DNA of 55,362 nucleotides, the filler included, from Sphacelaria rigidula (Eukaryota): assembly GCA_964200075.2 (NCBI GenBank). It is 6 parts of 6 records of this genome, joined end to end, with 100 filler letters (N's around TTAATTAATTAA, not from the genome) between each part and the next. Parts side by side here need not be neighbours in the genome. Positions count along the whole stretch, not along the records: positions 27,733 to 36,876 come from CAXNAA020009194.1; positions 36,977 to 46,120 come from CAXNAA020009195.1; positions 46,221 to 55,362 come from CAXNAA020009196.1; 3 more parts are not named here. One strand, 5' to 3'. Positions 35,258-47,438 of the stretch are shown piece by piece. Below the pieces are notes generated by a model. It made no database searches and was not told the origin of the DNA. It saw only the letters and a list, made by a program, of their open reading frames with translations. Position 1 is the stretch's first letter; every line of letters starts with the position of its first letter. Made by a program: the position numbers and the translations under genes.

Positions 35258-35908
35258 CTAATTTGAGACACTTCGCAGAGTTGAAAAAAAGCGAACTAGT
35301 GCTTGGGCGATGCTTGTTCGCATGAAGACGCGCAGCATGCTGCCTATCTCTCGTTCGCCTGAAGTCGCGTTTCTACAGCGATTAAGCAACTATTCATGCC
35401 AACAGCCATTTACCCTCAACACAATTCCCGCCCACAACAAGAAGCAGCAGGCTCCATGCCCTTCTCTTCTTGCGCTTGTTGCACCCAACTTCAAACAGCG
35501 TTCGTCGACACCAAGGCATGTTGATGTTGCAAGGGACTCGAATCTCCACGTCAACCGCAACATAATGGAGACAAATCATAGTAATACCCAACGACTCCTC
35601 AACCAATGCATCTTGTATTAATAGTACATATTTTCACTTCGCGGCACCACATCAGATCATTCACAACCACCACTCATCAAAAACTCGAGGAACGACTACA
35701 ACAAGCAACGTCAATCGAGCGAGAACTAACTGCGGACTTGACAACAGATCGCAAACAACCGAAACTCGCCAATAACGCGAGAGACGACTACAACGTGCGA
35801 CGTCAATGAAGTAGCACTAAATTTGGACTTTCCATATTCACGCCAACAAAAGTACTTCTTCAAAGAAACGCACAAAAAAAACACCTGATGACCACACCGA
35901 AGAACAAA

Positions 35909-36385
35909 TCAAGCAGGAAATGCCTTGCCAGGTCGACTCTGCAGCTTGAACTTTATCTTGAATGGCCCCCTTCCTCCCGTCGTCCCGTCTCTCGCCTCAC
36001 CCGACGTTTTCCCAGCCCCTACTGGACGTCTTTTCGGCATACCCAATCCCGACAAAAGCACCTCCTTTCCATCGTACATCTCCTGTCCCTTCGTAGTCAA
36101 CTTTATCGGGGGGTCCGATTTGCTCAACAATGGCACACTAATCTTCACGCCTCGCCTGGCCTGTTCCTCTGTCAGCTTGCACTCATAGACAAGGGTGTCA
36201 CCCTCGCGGGTGAGGAACCGGTGTGGCTTCTGCCGGAGAACGAAGCAAACGCTCCTCAAACCGTTCGCGGTGGGCGGGAACGTTATGCGTGTCCCTTCTT
36301 TCCATCCCGGCTTGACCACGATCTCGTACACGTGAGATATCCGTCGCTTTTGCCCCGTCCTGGGGTCGGTCACCATGTCCGTCAC
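35909..36385 (-). CDS. Terminal exon of a DnaJ/Hsp40 gene (C-terminal substrate-binding domain, DNAJB-like)
   Basis: Acceptor gcacgcag|GTGACG; YEIVVKPGWKEGTRITF...FVLRQKPHRFLTREGDTLVY...GLGMPKR...RGPFKIKFKL to the stop. Upstream exons are not in this piece. Confidence 0.9.
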   Translation of the reverse strand: MTDMVTDPRTGQKRRISHVYEIVVKPGWKEGTRITFPPTANGLRSVCFVLRQKPHRFLTREGDTLVYECKLTEEQARRGVKISVPLLSKSDPPIKLTTKGQEMYDGKEVLLSGLGMPKRRPVGAGKTSGEARDGTTGGRGPFKIKFKLQSRPGKAFPA

Positions 36386-36677
36386 CTGCGTGCATCGAGG
36401 GTTACGGCACGTGGGGTGTAACGGGAGCTAGGTCGAACAGCACCCTGAAAATATCAGCCGACGACGGTATTTTCATGAACGCAGGCCCCCTTCATAGCCC
36501 AAGTAGCCTAGTAGGTGCATACTACTATTAAAGGAGCTCAGACCTGTGTTTCGTCCGACCGTGCTGTGGCGGGCGGTGTCCATGTCCTCGACCGATTGAG
36601 TCGAGCACACTTCAGTTTCAGCTGTCGTGCTCCCCTGGGTGAATATCTACGTGTTTGTCCGGGTATTCGTGCGCACT

Positions 36678-36876
36678 TGTGTGTTGTGTGTGTTGTCTTC
36701 CCATTTATTCTGGGCGTCAGTCTACACCTTTCGGTATATGGGGGCGCATCAGCCGGGGTCACAAAGGAGGACGGTCAACACAGGAGCTTTTCTTTCTTTA
36801 TATGTTTTTAATACCCCATCTTCCTTCTGCGGTGCTTGCTTTTATGTTTTATCGCGAGAGGGGTTCAGCAATCCCT
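36678..36876 (-). mobile_element. Second copy (3' part) of the tRNA-derived SINE, in the DnaJ intron
   Basis: Reverse complement of ~9540-9735, cut by the linker. Confidence 0.85.
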
Positions 36877-36976
36877 NNNNNNNNNNNNNNNNNNNNNNNN
36901 NNNNNNNNNNNNNNNNNNNNTTAATTAATTAANNNNNNNNNNNNNNNNNNNNNNNNNNNNNNNNNNNNNNNNNNNN
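36877..36976. other. Artificial linker 44N-TTAATTAATTAA-44N
   Basis: Same spacer. Confidence 0.98.
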
Positions 36977-37424
36977 AAGGGATGGGACTTCAACCTCATA
37001 TTTTGTTTCAACCCCAAAAATTAGGATCGGCTGTTAGTTGATGGATGTACAACAGGGAGGCTGATGATGTTCTGAAGGTGACTGTGTCTTGTTTTTCCAG
37101 GATACAGAGTGGTACAAACAGAAGCAGGTCTTGTGTTCTTGTGTTGGGACAGATGGGAAATCTACATACTCTTGTATGCGAGCATACCTCTAGTTTTAGC
37201 GATTCACATTCAAATCGAATCAATTCAAATTCAAAGCCCCTGCACTCTCCTGCGTTCCCCTGCATTCTCCGTCTTCACTAGCTCGTTCCTTTTACTTTCA
37301 CCGATAAGCGCTACCTTCAAAACCATCATGTGTCGTTGCTTCGAGTGTGTTCCACAGCACGCCGTGCTCCCCTGAAGACTTGCTCGAGTCCGTGCCACAT
37401 ACTACAAACCCGTTTATCCAAGAA

Positions 37425-37497
37425 CTCTGACCTTAACCCTCGGGATGTTCGAATTTCGATGCGGTCCCTTGAGCACACGATCCTCCTACGCATTGCA
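37425..37497. repeat. Diverged end of the TGT..ACA MITE family
   Basis: taaccctcgggatgttcgaatttcgatgcggtcc...acgcattgca resembles 46345-46408. Confidence 0.6.
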
Positions 37498-37834
37498 CCG
37501 CACTACCTCCAAGATATTGTTTACAAGCTAAATACTCGATCAGTGTAGAGTACGATTGCAGAGCTGACAATTACCCTACTCGGACATTCAACGTAAGTAA
37601 TAACCATCGGACGTTCCCTACATATTCCTAACATGATAATGGAGAAAGATGGAAAACAAGCAAGAGTCCGCGCAGTCGCTGCGTACGCAGCCATGGTCCT
37701 CATGAAAAAGTGAGTCTTTACTCGATAGAAGAACGTAGAAACTTCAGCGATACAGCCACAGCGACGAAAGCAATGATGTTCGTCACAACCCAGGACGTTT
37801 GTTTATCGAGCCCCCCCCTCCCCCCACAAGCGCC

Positions 37835-37960
37835 AGAATGTTGGAGGTGCTTCTATTAGGAGCAGGAACGGTGCTCCGTCTCGAAAGGGATGCGTGGTCA
37901 ATGGTCCCACGACTAAGGCAAGCAACGAATGAGTACGCTCCCTCCCCCCTCCCCCCAGCA
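37835..37960 (+). repeat. Divergent relative of family A (subfamily A')
   Basis: ggaggtg...aggaacggtgctccgtctcgaaagggatgcgtggtcaatgg...gagtac plus a C tract. A second copy lies at 55060-55185 (-). Confidence 0.7.
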
Positions 37961-38639
37961 ATAGGAGCCGGTACGAAAGATACGCTGCGTACAAAACAAC
38001 CTGTAAGTGCATTTCTTGTCAGAGTCAGCGACGGTCCGGGAGGTGCCTACAACATTGACTTGTGTGGTGCAGCAAGCAGCACCAACGATGCCTCAAGCTT
38101 CCACTAAGCGCCTGGTGAACCGCCGAACAGCCCAGCAACTGATGGAGCAGTGACCCAAGCCCTGCGATAAGTTGCCACAGGATCCCTCCCGTACTCGAGT
38201 GAGGAGACGCTCCAACCTGTTTGATTGCTAAGAACGAGGCCAGGTGATAGTTGCATGAAACGATTGCACACAATCGCTCCATGTTCGTATGCGGCGTCAT
38301 TCACGGGGCGGGTACCCTTTCAAAATATAAATGTTCATTGTGTCAAACGGAGGAATAATGTTGATACGGTATCACTGTATGGGAGTAGGGCAACATTTTG
38401 AACTGCGTTTACACGATCCGTTCATCACCGTGTCGCCGCAAAATGGTGAACGTGGATTCTGGAACCATCATTGGCGCTCAGCACGGCACTAGAAAGCTGT
38501 TCAAGGGTCGAGGTTTAGCTGTCGAAAATGTTCCTCCGCGTCGATGTAGCCTATATAGTAGTCAGCATTCGAAGTTTTCAGAATTCGTAGTTGTCCTTTC
38601 TTCCGAGTTTTTATGGAGTACCGTCCTTCACTACTACTT

Positions 38640-39140
38640 GAAAGTGCTAGCGCTGGTAGATTTAGGGAGAAGGCGGAGGCCGCGGTCAAACTGCAGTGCT
38701 CACGGTGGTGTTGTTGGGGCGATACGGACTTGATACCCCGTTTATCAGGAGGGTGTTATTCACCGTTTTTGGCCTAATAGGAGCAGTTTTCCCGCTGTTC
38801 AGCGACGAAACGGTATATATTCAGATAAAATAATACGAATAAAATTCTTGACAGTAACGATTGACATTGTTTTGCACAGACCTCAGTCTAGTACTCTCGG
38901 CGGATGACCTATTTTCGGGGGGTTCTTGCATAACATTTTGCATGAGCACTCGAAAGTGCTAGCGTCGATAGTTTTGGCAAAATAAGCAAACCGCCCTCAA
39001 ATCACAATCGCCCGAGTTGGTGTTGTGGGGGCGCTACCGGGCAGAGACCCCGTTTATCAGGAGGGTATTTTTTTATCGTAAATGGCCCAAGAGACATAGA
39101 TTTCCTGCTTCAGCGCAGTGACTCGGTGAAATCAATAAAA
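38640..39140. repeat. Diverged direct duplication (~310-bp period)
   Basis: gaaagtgctagcg...tggtgttgt.ggggcg...accccgtttatcaggagggt occurs at ~38640-38757 and ~38952-39066. Confidence 0.7.
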
Positions 39141-41829
39141 AACAATCATTTTGGAGTCTTCGCTTATATAATCCGGATCGAGTCGATCCACCGAAAACAC
39201 CGAAAAGCTAGAGCCTGGGGTCGTATTTCCGCATGACCCCCGGAGATCGGTCAAGCCCGTTAGTCACTCATGATTGATCGCAGATGATTTTTCTTTTAAC
39301 GTTTGTCAAGAGGATTCAACAATCTCCGGATGCCCATTTTTCGGCATCCAACAGTCACTGTGATGAGCGGTGGCAAGCAAAACAAGTTTGGACAATCTTT
39401 GAGAAACCAAGAAACTACGGATTCTGCTTACTTCTGACGCTGACTACTGTACGCCATCCCATGTTGACCGTGTACGGGTATGTATGGCACGACTGAGTAG
39501 AAAGCGTGGAAATACTGCTCCATACCATGTGACTCACGAGTGTCTAGTCATCGCTTCGCCTGTCCTTGTGTCCATGGTGCTTCCGCTTCTCGTCTGATCA
39601 GTGCATGGGCGACCACAACATACCAGCCACACGCGAATGGATCGATCGTCAGCACAAACGTGACATAATGGAAACGATAGCATCGCAACTGACGCGTCCG
39701 TGAAGATCCAAGTCAAGCATCACCCCAAAACCAAGCTGATAGCGTCGACCAGCCGGTGACTCGGCGATTCAACCGGTGACCCACTGATCGAGAGAATGAA
39801 CGTAAACAAGGGCAACAGATCGAACGCATAGTTTGAATTATGTCTCGCCGCACGAATGGCATTGTTCACGCTTCGGACGAGGCTCAGGATTTCGGTCAGA
39901 TGCTGGGAAAATCCAGCATCCACCGAGCAATGTCGTCGCTCGAGCGAGTGCATTTCATATCGTAGAGGGACGTTGCATCGATCATTTCACATCGACGTTT
40001 GTTCTCTGAAGTCAACGAGCTTCTCCGTATCGCCACCCCGGCTGTACACAGTAACGGACACACCTCCGTTATGGTTCCTCTTCCCCTTCTCACCTCTCCT
40101 GCCGCGCCCCCTGTTGCGGCGCCTCCTGTTGCGGCGCCTCCGACGGAATCTGTTTCTCCTCCTCCTTCCACGACGGAGATCTGCAGTGATATCGAATTCC
40201 AGCAGGGATCACTCGCCGTTTGACCTTCCCTTTCGTTTTGTACGCGTGAAGAAACCTCGAGGCTAGGGGACCATGTTCGTAATGATAGCAGCGAGTACTA
40301 ACTGAAACGGTAACATTGTCGTCATCAACCGATTTGGTGAACTATCCATCAAGAGCATTTCCTGCCGACAAAGAATTGTTGTAGGGTGCACATACAGATG
40401 GTCAGTACCGCTAGCGATAGATTTCACGTTTCGACGTTGTATGTTTTGTTGTGCGGTACAGTTTGTCTGGATACTTCGAACCAAAACAGTTCGGTTTTCC
40501 TGACTACATAAACATGATTGAAATGACTCTAGTGGTCCGAGGAACTGTGGCTTCCCTGTTCTCCCGCCACGTATAAAAGAAGGACGACAGAGATTTTGCA
40601 ATCGCTTGTGGCACTCGTGGGGAAACACAGAGGCTATCCCCCACGAAATTCCGCGTACTCCAATCTGCAATCGTTCAATGTCCGTTGCTTTCTAATCAGA
40701 ACGTCAAACCGTCAAATTTTGTTCCGTTATGTACTGATTGCGATATCCCCGTGTCAGGAGAGTTCGGTATTGCTGTTTTACAGCATCTCCGCAAGTGTGA
40801 ACGGACCCAAAGCGGCCACACTCACTCGGATCACCAATGTCATTTCAATCATGTTCATGTAATTGAGAAAACCGAATTGTTTGGTGTTTACAGAGGTTGG
40901 GAAATTTGGTACATGTCGCTACGCCGGGCGACCTCTATGCAGACGCCAGCCAGTCCAGTAGAGCGACGAAAATTAGCTTTTATCGGGTTTACCTGCCGTA
41001 CTATCGCCAGCGTTGCTTGAATACCACAAGATCTTTGAGATTGGCGGTTGATGGCGTGGGTGTCAAATCCAACGACAAGTGGTTGATCAAAGAGGACGCT
41101 TTCTACGATGTCCCCCCCCCAAAACCAGCTAAAAGTGTCACGAAAAAAATGACCATACAGCGCCTGATGTACGGGTTCAGGCTGAATGAGGCACCTCATA
41201 TTGGCGACATTGGCTAGAACGAACCCAGACGTGGGACTTCCCAGCTTCTTGTTGTCCTCGGCCTTTCCCATTTCGATTTACGTGAAGATTTTGCCTGCCA
41301 AAACCATGCAAGGTGTTTTGGGGGGCTATCTCAAAACGTGTCAGAGCATCCGTATTCTTCGTGTGGGTTCATATCTTGCCCCAGGTGGTAACGCGTGACC
41401 TCGTCACATCGGAATTTTTTCTTGAAAGCTACTGTACCGAGGTGTTCACGCAGCCAGCGCGAGCTCCAGAATAACATCCCCCAAGTTGAAATTGGAAATG
41501 TCTGTTGTTTTCGCCGCACCACCGCCCTCGCTGGCATGTGTGTGACGGAGAACAGTAGTAACAGTGACGGGAACATTACCCTGTTTTTCAAAGACATGTT
41601 TTTCAGCGCACGAAGGCGCGTCCTGCCCAAAAATAGAGGCAGAGAGAAATCGATTTTCGCACTGGCCACAGGCAAGAATAGACGGAACCCCTCCGCACCT
41701 TGATGCTCTGGCACATGGAAAATTGGGCACATGCTGGTGACATCATGATGCCAGGTTCTCAAGCGATTGGGTAATTGCCGAGCGAGGACGCACAAAGCAC
41801 TCTCTGTCGTTACTCCTCTCTCTGGTGAT

Positions 41830-42081
41830 GAGTCATCCTACGATAGGGGGGGGGGGGGTATTTGCTTGCCCGAAAAAAGAGGCTCGAAAGTGTCAAACGA
41901 CCTGCCACACTCGCGGTGCGCTTGTATTTGGTTCAAAACGGAGTCAATCGGTATGGATGAGCATTCCTCATCTAAACAAGCTCGTTCGAGCAACGGTTGC
42001 TCCTTTCAACGACGACTTGACGTGGAATTTCGTGCAAGAAGTGGCCCAAAATATCCCTCTCTCCCTATCGTAGGATGACTC
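41830..42081. mobile_element. Sola-like MITE (GAG..CTC ends, 4-bp TSD)
   Basis: Perfect 19-bp TIR gagtcatcctacgataggg / ccctatcgtaggatgactc with TGAT on both flanks. The superfamily is inferred from the termini only. Confidence 0.85.
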
Positions 42082-43769
42082 TGATAACGTCATCGACGCG
42101 ACTGTACTCCGCATTCGTTAGGTGCACCTAGCCACAGCTGCTCAACTGCTGCGGACATTTGGGGGAGGGGAAATGGCTTCGCTCGGTCGTACGTGTCTTG
42201 TGTCATTCCTGCAAAAGCGAAATGCCACTTCAATCTCATTTTCTAAGATCCGCGGTCAAGGGTTGATCAAATGTTCCCCGACTTCCATCATGCAGCATGA
42301 ATCATAAGAACATATTCAACACATTATTCTCATGGAAGATGCGTCAAGTGTACATGCCCTCAATCTGGTAGTATGCGAGATTGATCACGGGTGCAAGTGC
42401 CCATATGGCGGTTGTAAATGCTTCGCAGTAGTGATTCATGTGACACCTCTGTACACATGCCAAGTTCGTGATTCGTGTGTTACGACCTCGAACGTGAAAC
42501 AATACCACCGTCCTTGATTCATACGGCATCGCAACTCTGAGTTTACGGTGTGTCAAGCGATATACAAGCGCCGATGGCCGCGATTCGGACGGATCTTATC
42601 ACGAACAGTTAATGCATTGGTGGCGCACTGCAGATCCGCCCGTGATGAGTAACAGGCATCGATAGGTTGCAATGGAGAACTTATCGCTACGAATAACATA
42701 CTAAGTACGTCTATAGACAATATTGTCACTCCATTGTAATGATGATGGTGAAATTCGTTCTTTATCCCGAATCTGTTGTGACCTAAAATAGCTGTCGGTA
42801 GACGGTTATACCAGTTGACTATATTTTTGACAGTTGAGATTGACGTCACAATTTCCAGGGCTTTCGTGACTGCAATTTTGGGATGCAGCCTTTGTCCAGC
42901 GTGTAAAGCGCATCTACATCACACAGCAAAGTACTCCAAAGCGTTATCGTTCATCAAACGAAAAATCTTGAATAATTAATGAGGGGAGCTCATGGGAGTT
43001 GCGGGAGATTGAGCGTCAGGGTATATTGTGGGATCCCTCCAACAAGCCTCACTAGTGCACAACGGATCCCGATATAATGCGTGTCGAGGTCGGAAGAGCT
43101 GAGGCCATTGACATTGACATTCATACTGAATGGATGTCACCGCGGGGACCAGAAAAGGCACTCCCGATTCGAAATGATGGAGTTGAACGATGAACACCTT
43201 GTTGAGGTCTATGATGAGATTTCTCCAATAAGTACCAAGGCAGGGACGATTCTGAAGACGAGTGCATTGCCCTAGCATATGTAACGGGGGACTACTCGGG
43301 ATATCACCGGGGGGTACAAAAAAAAAGGGTTCATATTAAGTGAGGTTGACCCTTAGATTGCGGTGCCGGTAGTCCATTTGGATCACGCATACATTCTTCA
43401 AGTTAACACTGATGCCGAATCAGCAGGTGACCTACCCTCGCGGTGCAAGGGTTAAGGACAAACTAAGTGAATTGCGGGATCCAGAGAACGAGGAAAACTC
43501 AACTGTTCTCCTCCAGGATACTAACCATACGAACGAGACACCCCAACACACTTGCTGATTGGATACGCCAGCAATCTTGAGCACTTCAAGACACTTCCTG
43601 ATGGCGATGCCATCGTTCCCCGCGTAAAGCGAGCCGACCAAGTACAACATGAGTATGTGGTGGTCCTCCCAATCATATCCGATCGACGACAATCCACCGA
43701 TAATCCCACACGCCATACCAGCGCAGGCATGCTGCTTGTCTAACGAACTGTACTTTATCCGTCGTTTAC

Positions 43770-43892
43770 CTGGTGGGAGCTTCACCGGTGTCGGGTTCAC
43801 TGGCGGAGGTGTCGTAGGAGCAGGAGTGACGGGTGACGAAGTGACTGGAGCAGGTGTAACCGGAGCCGGTGTCGGTGCCGGTGTCGGAGGAT
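43770..43892 (-). CDS. Pro/Thr-rich (TPAP) linker exon, probably of a secreted or cell-wall protein
   Basis: attctag|ATCCTCCG...CCACCAG|gtaaac; 123 bp, phase 1/1; PPTPAPTPAPVTPAPVTSSPVTPAPTTPPPVNPTPVKLPP. Confidence 0.6.
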
Positions 43893-45719
43893 CTAGAATC
43901 ACCGAAACGCACGTGTGTGGAGGTGTAGCACAGCAGGGTTCGAACGGAAAAAGGTATTGCCGACTCGCTTAGGTCCCAACGTACTGTCCTCGATCACTTC
44001 GGTGCATAACCGTGTTCCCTAGCGCGAGAAGTGGTTCGTTTTTCTACAACCGATCGCCCCTCGCCACGTTTCACCAAAGACCTACCGACCTAAATACACC
44101 TTCACGGCCGAAACCGCCGATAGAGGTTTTCACACCTAGCCTCTTTCTAGCTGCGTGGACGATACCGCAAGTCAGTACTGTCGAGGACGCTGAAGCTCAT
44201 CGCTCACTGACCGACCCCACAATATTTTCATCTATATCTTATATTATGCGGTGTCTTCATTTTCCGGCATCACCAACATCAACGATACTGTGAACTCACC
44301 CACGCACAGCCCAGAGATGCTGTCCCGAAGCCCGCTAGTGCACTGACAAAAATCAGCTGTTGGGTTGCCGCTCGCGATGCCATTGGCTGAAAGCATAGCA
44401 AAACGGGAGTTGTCGTTTAGTCGGTGGTTTTACACAGAACGTGGTGGGGCGATTTTTTCGGGGGAAAAGGCACTGCGACGAGTACTTGCGACAAAGCGAT
44501 CCGAAGCCTACGGTTTGCCGACCCACAGCTCACGTGATGTTTTCATGGCGTGAGACACGCATGTTTCGTACACTTCCTGTGGAGGATACTGGACGTCCCA
44601 CATGGTGTGAACGAGCCATTTGGCCGGTGGCGGCGACGCTTCCTACCGCTTCCAGAAATACGCAGTCGGCGTTACGTTTTTCTCTGATAAAATACAATGT
44701 TTTCGAGTCGATGTGTATCCCACATCATCACTTTTCCCGCGGCGACGGGTACTAGTTCGTCCAGAATTCGACCAAGAAATATCGGGCCAAGTTTTATACC
44801 AAACCATGGAGTATCAACCAGGCAAACGATGTCTGAATTGCAATTACACACCTAGGCACACATTTTTGACACAGCACGCCGTGGTGCCACAGACCGCGGG
44901 GTTGACAGTGCAACCTGCGCGGAGCAAGCGAGAACAGAGTAAAAACGATTTCAAAGAGGACCCAGAAAACAGTGGGGAACCCTGCACTGACGGCGGCGAA
45001 ATACAACCATCAGAAGATTTGGTGTGGATACGAAGCTTCTAATCCTACGGGTTTCCATTCCAAATAAACGATCCGTCCCCAACTTGTAACATCCCGTTTT
45101 ATCTGGGAAAAGGAGTGCACACCCAAGAGATGAAGAGAAGGAGTAGTCATCAATCTTTTACAAGAATGAGACAAGGCTGATAAACGTGCGTATCGTTTTT
45201 GTTACTGTCATCTTCCGCACGCTTACAAGGGGTGGCGAAGTATTGTGCGACGGAAAGTGAGGGGGCCTCAGGGAAAGGTGCAATCGTACGACGTCATCTC
45301 CCAGGAACACGCGTCGGTGCTCGTTTTCACGTGGGATACCCGGGTAAGTTTGCGGTTGGTGTTGTTGTTGTTGTTAGCAGCGGCGAGTTTTCGTCCTTGC
45401 TTTGATAACGTGGCTTCCGTCATTCTCCTGCTCGGAGTTCCGTGCGTTGCGGTGAACATAGAAAACGCTTATATTTGAGGGAGGTTTTTGTCCGGGGTAC
45501 AAACACTGTTTACAGCCGTCCCATCTCGGGCATGACTGCAAGCTTCCATGGTTGGAGGAGCATTGATTCGTCCGATTTCTTCTTTTATGATACATGTCGC
45601 CGAATCAATCCCCGGTCTTTGTTTTCAGCGTGTCATCCCCCAGGTACGCGCACCCCACAGGCATGTGGAATGGCGTACAATATGCCATGGTACGTTTCTT
45701 ACCCGCGGTCAACGCTCCA

Positions 45720-46047
45720 GGAAACTTTAGAGGAAGAACGCTACTGAGCACGGTGGGGAAAACATTCTGTGAGATTCTGAACGACAGAGTAGGAGCGATG
45801 CTAGAAAAGGAAGAGAAAATCAACGAGGCAACAGCAGAATTTAGACCAAACAGTAGATGCGTAGACCATGTGTACACATCACGCGAGATTGTTCAGGGTA
45901 GGAAAAACACCGGGTGGACAACGTACTGTTTTTTTCTGGACGTGCAAAAGGCGTTTGACACAGTATGGAGAAATGGGTTGTGGAAAAGGTTGGAGGAAGC
46001 TGGGACCAGAGGAAAGATGCGGAGAATAGTGAAAAAGATGACAGAAT
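45720..46047 (+). mobile_element. LINE (non-LTR) reverse transcriptase fragment
   Basis: GNFRGRTLLSTVGKTFCEILNDR...FRPNSRCVDHV...CFFLDVQKAFDTVWRNGLW, the N-terminal RT motifs. Truncated at both ends. Confidence 0.92.
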
Positions 46048-46120
46048 ATAACAGGGTTACCAGAAAAATGAGAACGTATTTTGAAATGAGAATCAACCGC
46101 TCCCCGGGATTGTGTCCATT

Positions 46121-46220
46121 NNNNNNNNNNNNNNNNNNNNNNNNNNNNNNNNNNNNNNNNNNNNTTAATTAATTAANNNNNNNNNNNNNNNNNNNNNNNN
46201 NNNNNNNNNNNNNNNNNNNN
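46121..46220. other. Artificial linker 44N-TTAATTAATTAA-44N
   Basis: Same spacer. Confidence 0.98.
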
Positions 46221-46408
46221 CCGCGTGCTTAGAGGACCGCGCCGTAGTTCAAAACTCCTCAGGATCGATGTTTTTCAAAACCAATCGGGCCAGTCCCTGC
46301 AGGTACCACGCCTCTGACCATAACCCCAACACTAACCCTAACCCTAACCATGGGAATGTTCAAATTTCGATGCGGTCTTCTAAGCACGCGGTCCTCTCAC
46401 GCATTACA
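46221..46408. mobile_element. TGT..ACA MITE copy 1 (left end cut by the linker) with (CCCTAA)n inside
   Basis: Ends gcggtcctctcacgcattaca and contains ctaaccctaaccctaacc (46332-46349). It is the reverse complement of 46558-46746. Confidence 0.85.
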
Positions 46409-46557
46409 GCGTGTGCCAGGGAAGAAATCGGCTGATCTTTTGGGGCTATGAACTCGTCCTCAGGAACGGGACGGGCTGAAAGTATGACAAAATAGAACTA
46501 CTTCAAAGATGGACACTGCTGGGTTAGAGTAGTAGGATCAACACCGTTGGGCTCCTG

Positions 46558-46746
46558 TGTAATGCGTGAGAGGGCCGCGCGCTTAGAGGACCGCTTCTGA
46601 ATTTGAACAGCCCTCGGGTTAGGATTAGGGTCAGTGTTGGGGTTAGGGTCGGGGGCGTGGTTCCTGCAGGGACTGGCCCGATTGGTTTCGAAACACGTCG
46701 ATCCTGAGGTGTTTTGGACTACGGTGCGGTCCTCTCACGCATTACA
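46558..46746. mobile_element. Ginger-like MITE (189 bp, TGT..ACA, 4-bp TSD)
   Basis: 21-bp TIR tgtaatgcgtgagagggccgc / gcggtcctctcacgcattaca (1 mismatch), CCTG on both flanks and internal ttaggg-like repeats. Confidence 0.85.
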
Positions 46747-46839
46747 CCTGTTCAGTCTCCTTCTCCATTCTCTCCTTCTGTCCCCCCCCTCCCCCCCCCT
46801 CCGTATGTCTGTCTGTCTGTGAGCGCGCGCACACACGTG

Positions 46840-47170
46840 CTATTTCCCCCAGGTGGATGTAAGTCGCGGTTAGTGCCTCAGTACAGTGGGGTTAGGATTC
46901 ATGGGTTGAGAGCTCACACCCAAACTATCGTTCTGCAGCCGAAGTAGATTGCGATCGCAATCTGCTCCCATCCATTTCTGCCCTTTTCCTCATGGTTCTC
47001 GTATTTTTCAGTCTACTATTTTGTGTCCGTTACCTCTTTCTGTTTTGTTCCCCTTCCTTCAGGGCGTGTTTCCGCTTTGTTTCATCTCGGGTACGTTGAT
47101 CATGTGACCACGGCTGGATCCCTGGGGGATCAGATACTGTGTGGCCATCAGTCAATCGAATCAATCGGAT
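46840..47170 (+). mobile_element. Retroposon 3' region with an (AATC)n-type tail
   Basis: The 3' ~85 bp matches 23321-23400 and the reverse complement of 22595-22730. The 5' boundary is uncertain. Confidence 0.55.
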
Positions 47171-47438
47171 CAACACCAAGCTGTGGTCCATGTGGTGCAC
47201 ATACGCCATGTGTCTCGCAAGAGCGGCCGCAGTTTCTCAGATAGAAGCTGCCAAAGTAGATAAAGCACACGGTTTCCGTGCATGTCAAACCGATGGCGTA
47301 CCTCGTGAAGAAATAAACCCTCACATTTTTCGAAGCGGAAGTTTTTCACCCCCAAAAAGTCGGAGATTTCGTCCGGAAAAATGTCCCGCTAATAATATAC
47401 CCCTCACTTTACAAAGCTAAAACCCGATATAAGTGTTG

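Noticed and set aside
46332-46349. True telomere or chromosome end
   Set aside because: Only about three units, lying inside a TIR-bounded element.
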